Below, one piece after another: positions 57,153-64,000 of a stretch of 64,000 nucleotides of DNA. Made by a program: the position numbers and the translations under genes. Below the pieces are notes generated by a model, which saw only the letters and a program-made list of their open reading frames with translations, ran no database searches and was not told the DNA's origin. Each line of letters starts with the position of its first letter. The first letter of the stretch is position 1. Source of the DNA: an uncultured Bacilli bacterium (GTDB taxonomy: Bacteria; Bacillota_I; Bacilli_A; RF39; UBA660); contig CAJUBJ010000005.1 of the NCBI GenBank assembly GCA_910584655.1, positions 16,229 through 80,228 on the forward strand, in the 5' to 3' direction.

Positions 57153-57914
57153 ATGGAAAAGCAATATTTATATACTCTAAAAGATGTTGTATTTGGTTTA
57201 AGAAGTATATATCTAGAATATCAAAGAGAATTGGAAAAGTTAAAGCAGTATTGTCAGGAGAATAATGTAATAGACTTTAACTTTTATATACACCAATCTA
57301 CTAAAGAGCAACCAAGACTATATTGTGACTATATAACTAAAAAAATTAAGCTAAAAAGAGTTGCTGATTATGCAAAAGAACTTTTAAGTGGTAAAGATCT
57401 TAGTGAAAATTCTGTCATCTATCAAGAAGGAAAGCTAAACAGTATAGTAAAAAAAAGTCCAGTTTCAATATTACCTGATAAAAGCCTATTATTTGCTAAA
57501 CAGACAGATAAAATAATTTCATCAGATTTTATAAAATCAATAGCAGAATATCATAACTATATAATGTCTTTATGTGAGAGCGGTAAATTATATTTAAGAA
57601 CTAATAATATTGAGGTATTACCAACTGAATCATTTGCTTTACCAACATTTTTTTATTCTCTGTTATCAGATACTATAACTTTAAGAGAAACAGATAGTAG
57701 GTTTAAAGTAAATGAATTTGGTCTAAACAGAATATTTGAAATGTATTTTTTTTATAATAGTTTCACTCCATATCATCTTACTACAATGAATTGTTCAAAA
57801 ATAAAAGAAAAAAAGTTTGTTGTCGAGCCTTTTAATCCTTGTACTCAAATAGAGTTTAAAATCGAAGAAACAAAAGATGTTATAAAATTAACTAAATCAA
57901 AACAAGGGTGTTAA
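57153..57914 (+). CDS. Hypothetical protein
   Basis: ORF with an AGGTGG RBS. No motif recognised. Confidence 0.5.
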   Translation: MEKQYLYTLKDVVFGLRSIYLEYQRELEKLKQYCQENNVIDFNFYIHQSTKEQPRLYCDYITKKIKLKRVADYAKELLSGKDLSENSVIYQEGKLNSIVKKSPVSILPDKSLLFAKQTDKIISSDFIKSIAEYHNYIMSLCESGKLYLRTNNIEVLPTESFALPTFFYSLLSDTITLRETDSRFKVNEFGLNRIFEMYFFYNSFTPYHLTTMNCSKIKEKKFVVEPFNPCTQIEFKIEETKDVIKLTKSKQGC

Positions 57915-57937
57915 CCAAAAAAGGTTGACACCCTTTA
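57904..57937 (+). terminator. Long hairpin spanning the stop codon (possible terminator lacking a strong T-tract)
   Basis: 13-bp stem aagggtgttaacc/ggttgacaccctt (one G-U pair), followed only by ttt. Confidence 0.4.
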
Positions 57938-57982
57938 GATAATTTGTTATATTAATAAAGCGAAACAAAGGAGGGAAATACA

Positions 57983-58264
57983 ATGGCAGTTAAGTTAAGA
58001 CTTAAAAGAGGCGGATCTAAACAAAGACCTTTTTATAGAATTGTAGCCGCTGATGCTCGTAGTCCAAGAGATGGAAGATTTATCGATACTATCGGTACTT
58101 ATAATCCAATCCCAGCAGAATACGAAGTAAATATTGATGAAGAAAAAGCAATGTATTGGTTAAGTAATGGTGCTCAACCAACTGATACTGTAAAAAATTT
58201 ATTAAGCAAAAAAGGTATCATGACTAAATATGCTGAATCTAAATCAAATAAAGAAGGTAAATAA
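57983..58264 (+). CDS. rpsP: 30S ribosomal protein S16
   Basis: [50 protein letters not shown]. Confidence 0.95.
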   Translation: MAVKLRLKRGGSKQRPFYRIVAADARSPRDGRFIDTIGTYNPIPAEYEVNIDEEKAMYWLSNGAQPTDTVKNLLSKKGIMTKYAESKSNKEGK

Positions 58265-58266
58265 TT

Positions 58267-58512
58267 ATGGAATTAAAAGAATTTACTGAATATTTAGTTA
58301 AAAGTATTGCTAAAGAACCAGATATGGTAAGTGTTCAACAATTTGGAGGAGAAGAAGATTCGACTATCTTAGAGATTATTGTTCATGAAGATGATATGGG
58401 TGCAGTAATTGGTCGTAATGGAAAAATGGCTAATGCTATTCGTACTTTAGTCCAAGCTCATGCATACATACTTGGTTTAAAAAAAGTAAAAATAAATATA
58501 GATTCATTCTAA
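58267..58512 (+). CDS. KH-domain RNA-binding protein (YlqC/UPF0109 family)
   Basis: 81 aa with the GxxG loop IGRNGKMANAIRTLV. Conserved position directly after rpsP. Confidence 0.85.
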   Translation: MELKEFTEYLVKSIAKEPDMVSVQQFGGEEDSTILEIIVHEDDMGAVIGRNGKMANAIRTLVQAHAYILGLKKVKINIDSF

Positions 58513-58618
58513 TTAAAGGATACGAAAGTATTCTTTTTTATTTTATACTTAATAATTCTTAATGGTTTGTTTCTTGCCTTTAAGTAATTATAATAGTATA
58601 ATTTATAAAGAAGGATTG

Positions 58619-59329
58619 ATGAAAGTGGAAAAATATTATCCAGAACATGTTGCTATAATTTTAGATGGTAATCGAAGATGGGCCAAAAGAAAAAATTTGC
58701 CTTCATTAAAAGGACATCAAGCTGGTGCCAAGAATTTAGAAAAATTAGCTGCATATATTATAAATAAAGGGGTTAAATATTTAAGTGTTTTTGCCTTCTC
58801 TACAGAAAACTTTAAACGTAGTGAAGAAGAAGTAAAATATTTAATGGATTTATTCGTTAGTTGGTTTAAACATGAATATAATAAATTTCATGATGAAAAT
58901 ATAAAAGTCATTTTTTCAGGACGACGTGAAGGACTTCGTAAAGATGTTCAAGAAGCTATGGATTACATAATTGAAAAAACAAAAAATAATACAAAAGGAA
59001 CACTGAATGTTTGCCTAAATTATGGCGGACAGCAAGAAATTGCTGACGGAGCAAAGCGTATAGCAGAGGATGTAAAAAAAGGAAAGATTAATATTGATGA
59101 AATAGATGAAAATCTACTATATAAATATATGTATAATGAACTTCCTCCAATTGACTTCTTAATTAGAACTAGTGGAGAAGAAAGAATTAGTAATTTTATG
59201 ATTTATGAATCAAGCTATGCCGAAATGTACTTTCCAGAAGTATGTTTCCCTGATTTTAATGAAGATGAATTTGAACGTGCAATTGATATATACAATACAC
59301 GTGAAAGAAGATTTGGAGGAAATAAATAA
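58619..59329 (+). CDS. uppS: Undecaprenyl-diphosphate synthase (cis-isoprenyl transferase)
   Basis: [40 protein letters not shown]. Start set at the [13 protein letters not shown]. Confidence 0.92.
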   Translation: MKVEKYYPEHVAIILDGNRRWAKRKNLPSLKGHQAGAKNLEKLAAYIINKGVKYLSVFAFSTENFKRSEEEVKYLMDLFVSWFKHEYNKFHDENIKVIFSGRREGLRKDVQEAMDYIIEKTKNNTKGTLNVCLNYGGQQEIADGAKRIAEDVKKGKINIDEIDENLLYKYMYNELPPIDFLIRTSGEERISNFMIYESSYAEMYFPEVCFPDFNEDEFERAIDIYNTRERRFGGNK

Positions 59330-60150
59330 TGAAACAAAGAGTAATAACAGCAACAATTTTAGTTGCTATTGCTGTAGTCCTATTTTTACTACCTACAAGC
59401 ATTGCAAAATATGCTATTGCTGTAGGAGTATCGATAATTGCAGCTTTGGCATATAAAGAAACTTTAGGACTAACAGAAAGTCACAAACCTTATCCTAATA
59501 TCATAAAAGTTTTGGGCTTTATATGTATGGAAATGATGGTATTTAATAGCATAAATGCCTCATATATATATAATGGAGCTTCATTTATAGCAATAGGATT
59601 AACAATACTTTTATTAGTAATTCCAAGTATATTTGATAAAAAGGGAAAATATACAACAAAAGAAGCTTTCTATCTTATTGGATCAACATTAATGATAGGA
59701 ATATTTTTCAACCTATTAATGTTAATATTTAACGCTAATAAATGGTTATTATTATATTTATTATTAATAGCAACAATGACTGATACATTCGCAATGCTAA
59801 TTGGTTGCTTAATAGGAAAACATAAATTAATTCCTGATGTATCACCAAAAAAATCTGTTGAAGGAAGCATTGCAGGTTCTCTAGTTGGAACAATAATTGC
59901 TTCTATCTACTATTACAATATAATAACTAGCAATATAAATATCATAGTTTTAGTTCTAATGACATTAACTTTATCTATCTTAGGTCAATTAGGAGACTTA
60001 TTCTTTAGTAAAATAAAAAGAGAAAATGATATTAAAGATTTTTCTAATTTAATGCCAGGACATGGTGGGATACTAGATCGTTTTGATAGTATGACTTTCA
60101 TATTATATGGTTATATTATTATTATAAATATAATAAACTTAATAAAGTAA
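59329..60150 (+). CDS. cdsA: Phosphatidate cytidylyltransferase
   Basis: Polytopic. C-terminal signature [29 protein letters not shown]. The ATG overlaps the uppS stop. Confidence 0.92.
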   Translation: MKQRVITATILVAIAVVLFLLPTSIAKYAIAVGVSIIAALAYKETLGLTESHKPYPNIIKVLGFICMEMMVFNSINASYIYNGASFIAIGLTILLLVIPSIFDKKGKYTTKEAFYLIGSTLMIGIFFNLLMLIFNANKWLLLYLLLIATMTDTFAMLIGCLIGKHKLIPDVSPKKSVEGSIAGSLVGTIIASIYYYNIITSNINIIVLVLMTLTLSILGQLGDLFFSKIKRENDIKDFSNLMPGHGGILDRFDSMTFILYGYIIIINIINLIK

Positions 60151-60163
60151 GCAAGGTGATTAA

Positions 60164-61228
60164 ATGATTTCAACAATTATAAATATTATATTATTTATAC
60201 TTATATTAGGAATATTAGTTTTCGTTCATGAATTTGGTCATTTCATTACAGCCAAAAAAAGTGGTGTTTTTATCCATGAATTTTCTATCGGAATGGGGCC
60301 ACTTATTAAGACAATAAAAGGAAAAGATGGAATAAATTATTCGATAAGAGCTCTTCCAATTGGTGGATATGTCCAAATGGCTGGAGAAATATACGAAGAT
60401 GATGATACAGAAAAAATACCTAAAGAAAAATTTATGTGCAACAAACCATGGTACCAAAGATTAATAATACTTGTAGCTGGAGTATTCAATAACTTCGTTT
60501 TAGCTATAATATTATTATTTGCCATAGCACTTATATGGGGAGCTCCTTCATTAGAGCCAAAAATATATGGTGTAACTGAAGGTAAACCAGTAGCTGAGGC
60601 AGGAATTGTTGCAGGAGATATTATAACAGAAGTAAATGGTAGCAAAGTTAAAACATGGGATAAAGCCCAATTACTATTACTTCTAAAATCAAAAGATGAT
60701 ACATATAAAATAACAGTAAAACACGAAGATGGTAATCAAGATACATATGAAATAAAACCAGAAATTACTAAAGATGATGATGGTAATGAATCAAAAATCT
60801 TTGGAATTGAAATGAAAAGTGATATCCAAAAAGGTTTTGTTCCATCAGTAAAATATGCTTTTCAAAAATTTGTTAGTACTTTAGAACAAATGGCTCTAAC
60901 ATTAGGAAACTTATTTACAGGAGGATTATCAATTAATAACTTATCTGGTCCAGTTGGAATATATACAGTAGTTGGAGAAACTAGACAAGCAGGATTATCA
61001 AATATTTTATTTTTAATTGCATACTTGAGTATAAATTTAGGAATAATGAATATTTTACCAATTCCAGCATTAGATGGTGGACACGTTCTATTCTTATTAA
61101 TTGAACTAATTACAAGAAAAAAAGTAAATCAAAAAGTAGAATCAATTACAACAACTATCTTCTTTGTATTATTATTACTATTAATGTTTTATATAACTAT
61201 TCACGATATTATAACATTAATTCTTTAA
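60164..61228 (+). CDS. rseP: Site-2 (RIP) zinc metalloprotease RseP/RasP
   Basis: HEFGHF in TM1, a PDZ segment (GIVAGDIITEVNG), and NILPIPALDGGH in the C-terminal TM. Confidence 0.92.
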   Translation: MISTIINIILFILILGILVFVHEFGHFITAKKSGVFIHEFSIGMGPLIKTIKGKDGINYSIRALPIGGYVQMAGEIYEDDDTEKIPKEKFMCNKPWYQRLIILVAGVFNNFVLAIILLFAIALIWGAPSLEPKIYGVTEGKPVAEAGIVAGDIITEVNGSKVKTWDKAQLLLLLKSKDDTYKITVKHEDGNQDTYEIKPEITKDDDGNESKIFGIEMKSDIQKGFVPSVKYAFQKFVSTLEQMALTLGNLFTGGLSINNLSGPVGIYTVVGETRQAGLSNILFLIAYLSINLGIMNILPIPALDGGHVLFLLIELITRKKVNQKVESITTTIFFVLLLLLMFYITIHDIITLIL

Positions 61229-61249
61229 GAGCTAAGGCTCTTTTTTTTG
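61227..61249 (+). terminator. Rho-independent terminator
   Basis: 6-bp stem aagagc/gctctt, 4-nt loop, T8. Confidence 0.65.
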
Positions 61250-61303
61250 ACTTAAATATTTTATTAATGTATGATATTATTTGTTAAAAAAAGGAGTGAT
61301 ACT

Positions 61304-62230
61304 ATGATATTACCAGCAGATGTTTTAAGAGAAGTAAATGACTTTTTTGAAGATTTAACTAAATTTAATATAAATCATGAATTTAGAGAACTTAATTTTA
61401 GTAGAGGAAATAGAAATTATGAAAGAATTTTAAAAAGATTAGAAGGTCTAAATCTACCTGATCCATCTTTACTAATCTTTCAATCCCTTACACTTAAAGA
61501 AATAAAAGAATTACTTACCCAAATAATGTGTAAAATATTTGGTTCAAATTATAAAGAAAAAATACAATTTCTAAATAGAATGATAAGATTAGAAAATATA
61601 AATGATCCATTTGAAGCTACAATTGAAGAAAAATTTGAAGGGGACATTTTACATCCAGTTAATGTCTTCATAAGCAATCAATGTAAATCAATTCAAGTTG
61701 TAAGTACTGGACACGAATATGTTCATTGTTTTCAATCACCATATGTAACAACTCTTTATAATAGAAAAATAAATAATATTCACTATAAAGAATTATTAAG
61801 CATTATAGTTGAATACATTGTTTGTTATGAACTAAGTATAATGTTAAAAGATGATACTCTTCTGGCAAAGCACGACCTAATAAGAATAAATCATGATTTT
61901 AATCAAGCGCAAGAAAGAAAAGCAAGTCTTGCAATTGAACCCAAACTAAATAAACTAAATCCAATAGATCGTGACCAATTAAAATCATACATTGAATATC
62001 AAAAACATAATTCATTTGGTTATATCATCTCAGATATTTATGCAACACATTTATTTGATGAATATCTTGATAAACCAGAAACATTAATTCAAATTATTAA
62101 GGAAATTATTGAATCAGATAAATGTATTATGGATTTAATTACATACTATAATCTCTCTTTAACCAACCAAGAAGTAATAGGAAAATATAATGCTAAAATA
62201 GATGAAGTCTCTAAAAGAAAGGTATTATAA
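61304..62230 (+). CDS. Hypothetical protein with HExxH motif (possible zinc metallopeptidase)
   Basis: STGHEYVHCF is the only recognisable motif. ATG follows AAGGAG. Confidence 0.4.
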   Translation: MILPADVLREVNDFFEDLTKFNINHEFRELNFSRGNRNYERILKRLEGLNLPDPSLLIFQSLTLKEIKELLTQIMCKIFGSNYKEKIQFLNRMIRLENINDPFEATIEEKFEGDILHPVNVFISNQCKSIQVVSTGHEYVHCFQSPYVTTLYNRKINNIHYKELLSIIVEYIVCYELSIMLKDDTLLAKHDLIRINHDFNQAQERKASLAIEPKLNKLNPIDRDQLKSYIEYQKHNSFGYIISDIYATHLFDEYLDKPETLIQIIKEIIESDKCIMDLITYYNLSLTNQEVIGKYNAKIDEVSKRKVL

Positions 62231-62231
62231 T

Positions 62232-62861
62232 ATGATAAAATTTTATTCACTACAAAATCTTCTAGAAAAAGGAATAGATCTTGAACAAATCATAAATGAA
62301 ATATTGTTAGTTACAATAAGTGCAAAAACAACTTATCCTGAATATGCAGAATGGTTTATAAAAAAACATGTTCCTGGAATTTATGTTGGAACAAGAAATA
62401 CTATAATAGCTGTCGATAACAATAAAATAGTAGGTGTATCAAATATTAAATCAAGTGAAAATAAACTATGTACACTATATTTTGAACCAAAATATCGTCG
62501 TTATAGATTAGGAAACAAACTAGTAGAAGAATCTATCAATTATTTAAACAATAGCAAGCCTTTAATAACGATGCCATCTTCATATCTTCCACAATTTAAA
62601 AATATAATAAAAAGATTTGATTGGGAATTAACAGATTGTATTGATGATTGTTATATAAAAGACACTAGTGAATTAGTTTTTAACGGAGAGTTATCAGAAA
62701 CTAATAAACAATTAACAAATGAAGAAAGAATAATTCTTTCATACAAGCATACAAAAGATAAAAAAATCTTAAAACTATTAAAAAATCCTTTATTTAGCTT
62801 AATAAAAATAACTTTTTTTATAAAAAATCGAAAAAAAACAAAAAAAGTATTGTCAAATTAA
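62232..62861 (+). CDS. GNAT-family N-acetyltransferase-like protein
   Basis: ..IIAVDNNKIVGVSNI....LYFEPKYRRYRLGNKLVEESINYL shows the beta4-alphaA acetyl-CoA pyrophosphate-loop pattern R-x-x-G-x-[GAK]. ATG is 1 nt after the upstream stop. Confidence 0.45.
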   Translation: MIKFYSLQNLLEKGIDLEQIINEILLVTISAKTTYPEYAEWFIKKHVPGIYVGTRNTIIAVDNNKIVGVSNIKSSENKLCTLYFEPKYRRYRLGNKLVEESINYLNNSKPLITMPSSYLPQFKNIIKRFDWELTDCIDDCYIKDTSELVFNGELSETNKQLTNEERIILSYKHTKDKKILKLLKNPLFSLIKITFFIKNRKKTKKVLSN

Positions 62862-62896
62862 AATCATTATGATATATTTAATTTGCTTACTTTTAT

Positions 62897-62973
62897 GGCG
62901 CTGTAGCTCAGCTGGCTAGAGCATCCGGTTCATACCCGGCAGGTCGAGAGTTCGAATCTCCCCGGCGCTACCA
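62897..62973 (+). tRNA. tRNA-Met (anticodon CAT), elongator-like
   Basis: ggcgctg-ta-gctcagctggctagagc-a-tccgg-ttCATac-ccggc-aggtc-gagag-ttcgaat-ctccc-cggcgct-a-cca. The acceptor stem pairs with two G-U pairs, and the T-stem has one A-C mismatch. It lacks the initiator features (1:72 mismatch, three G-C pairs closing the anticodon stem). A lysidine-modified tRNA-Ile2 cannot be excluded from sequence alone. Confidence 0.85.
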
Positions 62974-62985
62974 ATAAGTTTAAAT

Positions 62986-63013
62986 CTCGTAATCGTATGG
63001 TTACGAGTTTTTC
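62986..63013 (+). terminator. Rho-independent terminator after tRNA-Met
   Basis: 7-bp stem ctcgtaa/ttacgag, 8-nt loop, T5. Confidence 0.65.
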
Positions 63014-63041
63014 TTTTATAAAAATATAAAGTGGTGATAAG

Positions 63042-63503
63042 ATGAATAATAATAAAATAATAAGTTATGAAGGATTATTTTTTGAGAATGATAGTTTAAC
63101 TTTAATTCATTCCCTAGATACAGAAAAGTTAGAAAAAGCTAACGACGAAATTCATTGTACATTTAGATATCATCCAAGTAATGATGAAATATTTAATGAA
63201 ATAGTAGGTCAAACGTTTGATATTTATTTAATCGCATATGGTAATGATGGAATGAATAGTGGTTTTTTAGTGTCTCTACCTGACGAATTAAAACCATATT
63301 ATATAAATTATGAAGATGATAGAAAAACTTTAAGAACACCTCATATCACAGCTTCTTTATCTAAAAAATCAATCCCATCTAATACAAAAGATTTAGATTT
63401 TAAATTGTTCTCAGAACCAATAAAGATAAAAGGACGCTTTGGTTTTTGTATAAAAGATAATAGAGGTAAATATATATCTTTTGATAAATTTGATATAAAG
63501 TAG
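63042..63503 (+). CDS. Small hypothetical protein with two H-x-T-x motifs (possible 2H phosphoesterase fold)
   Basis: EIHCTFRY (His38) and TPHITASL (His101) fit the H-phi-[ST]-phi pairs of the 2H/LigT superfamily. 153 aa is short for the family. Confidence 0.3.
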   Translation: MNNNKIISYEGLFFENDSLTLIHSLDTEKLEKANDEIHCTFRYHPSNDEIFNEIVGQTFDIYLIAYGNDGMNSGFLVSLPDELKPYYINYEDDRKTLRTPHITASLSKKSIPSNTKDLDFKLFSEPIKIKGRFGFCIKDNRGKYISFDKFDIK

Positions 63504-63583
63504 ATATAAAAATAAAATTTCATACTCAGTAAAGTATAGAGTATATTTTATTGTGATATAATAATAAAGAAAGGTATGATAAA

Positions 63584-64000
63584 ATGAAAAAATTACAAGA
63601 AAAATATGCCAAAGTTCTTTTAAATACATGTCTTAAAATGAAAAAAAATCAAAAATTATTTATTAGTGCTGATATGGAAGTTATAGAGTTTGTAAGAATT
63701 GTTGCAAGTGAAGCTTATAAACTAGGAATAAGAGATATTTATTTTGATATAACAGATAGTCATTTAAAACATGAAGCATTAAAAAATTTAGAAATAAAAG
63801 AATTAAAAAAACTTCAATTTTGGAATAAAGAAAAATGGAATGAGTATGCAAAAGAAGGAGCTGCATTCCTAATGCTCGCATCAGAAATGCCTGGTTTAAT
63901 GAGTGATATAGAACCTAAAAAATTAAGTGACATAACAATGTATGGTTACGAAACAAGAAAAGAATTTGATGAATTAAGAAATAAATCAATGGTTCCTTGG
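63584..64000 (+). CDS. M29-family aminopeptidase (AmpS/PepS-like), N-terminal 139 codons; 3' end off-window
   Basis: The ORF is not in the supplied track because it runs off the window. MKKLQEKYAKVLLNTCLKMKKNQKLFISADMEVIEFVRIVASEAYKLGIRDIYFD...YAKEGAAFLMLASEMPGLMSDIEPKKL.. matches the N-terminal pattern of aminopeptidase S/T. Confidence 0.6.
   Translation, partial: MKKLQEKYAKVLLNTCLKMKKNQKLFISADMEVIEFVRIVASEAYKLGIRDIYFDITDSHLKHEALKNLEIKELKKLQFWNKEKWNEYAKEGAAFLMLASEMPGLMSDIEPKKLSDITMYGYETRKEFDELRNKSMVPW

Noticed and set aside
59205-59456. 83-aa ORF overlapping the uppS/cdsA junction
   Set aside because: It is an alternative frame over two motif-supported genes. It is Cys/Asn-rich low-complexity sequence with no RBS.

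Overview
A very AT-rich, almost entirely plus-strand chromosomal segment. By hand sampling it is roughly 25-30% G+C, rising to 35-43% in a few genes. It comes from a low-GC Gram-positive (Bacillota) endospore former: spoVS and cotE are present, and uppS-cdsA-rseP and rpsP-KH synteny are typical of Firmicutes. Finer taxonomy cannot be established from the sequence alone.

The window opens inside a tyrosine integrase. A tRNA-like 3' fragment plus terminator follows, which looks like the right edge of an integrated element lying off-window to the left.

The rest mixes housekeeping genes with an unusual density of envelope and surface loci. The housekeeping genes are galE, gpmI, mgtE, eno, pta, sufB, ssb, an RNase J paralog, a short Rel homolog, rpsP, uppS, cdsA, rseP, tRNA-Met and an M29 aminopeptidase.

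The regions I consider most worth follow-up are:
1. A six-gene, tightly coupled operon at 29040-37926. It combines a vWA/MIDAS giant protein, a multi-repeat giant protein, an ER-type signal peptidase SipW sandwiched between two TasA/BsaA-like proteins with '(I/V)TLAYF' SipW-type signal peptides, and a TasA-like protein with an NPDTG sorting signal.
2. A PP2C phosphatase with an unassigned N-terminal domain plus a DUF1292 protein, followed by two tandem paralogous minimal Ser/Thr-kinase-like proteins (24250-27562).
3. A five-gene translationally coupled operon: response regulator, histidine kinase, PlsC-type acyltransferase, acyl-AMP ligase, PlsC-type acyltransferase (7618-12618). It resembles a split Aas-type lysophospholipid re-acylation system under two-component control.
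4. A membrane-anchored PIG-L deacetylase overlapping a YfhO glycosyl-carrier transferase.
5. A Rel homolog and an RNase J homolog, each with substitutions at catalytic motif positions.

No CRISPR array, IS element or rRNA was seen. All functional calls come from motif recognition by eye. No database search was run.
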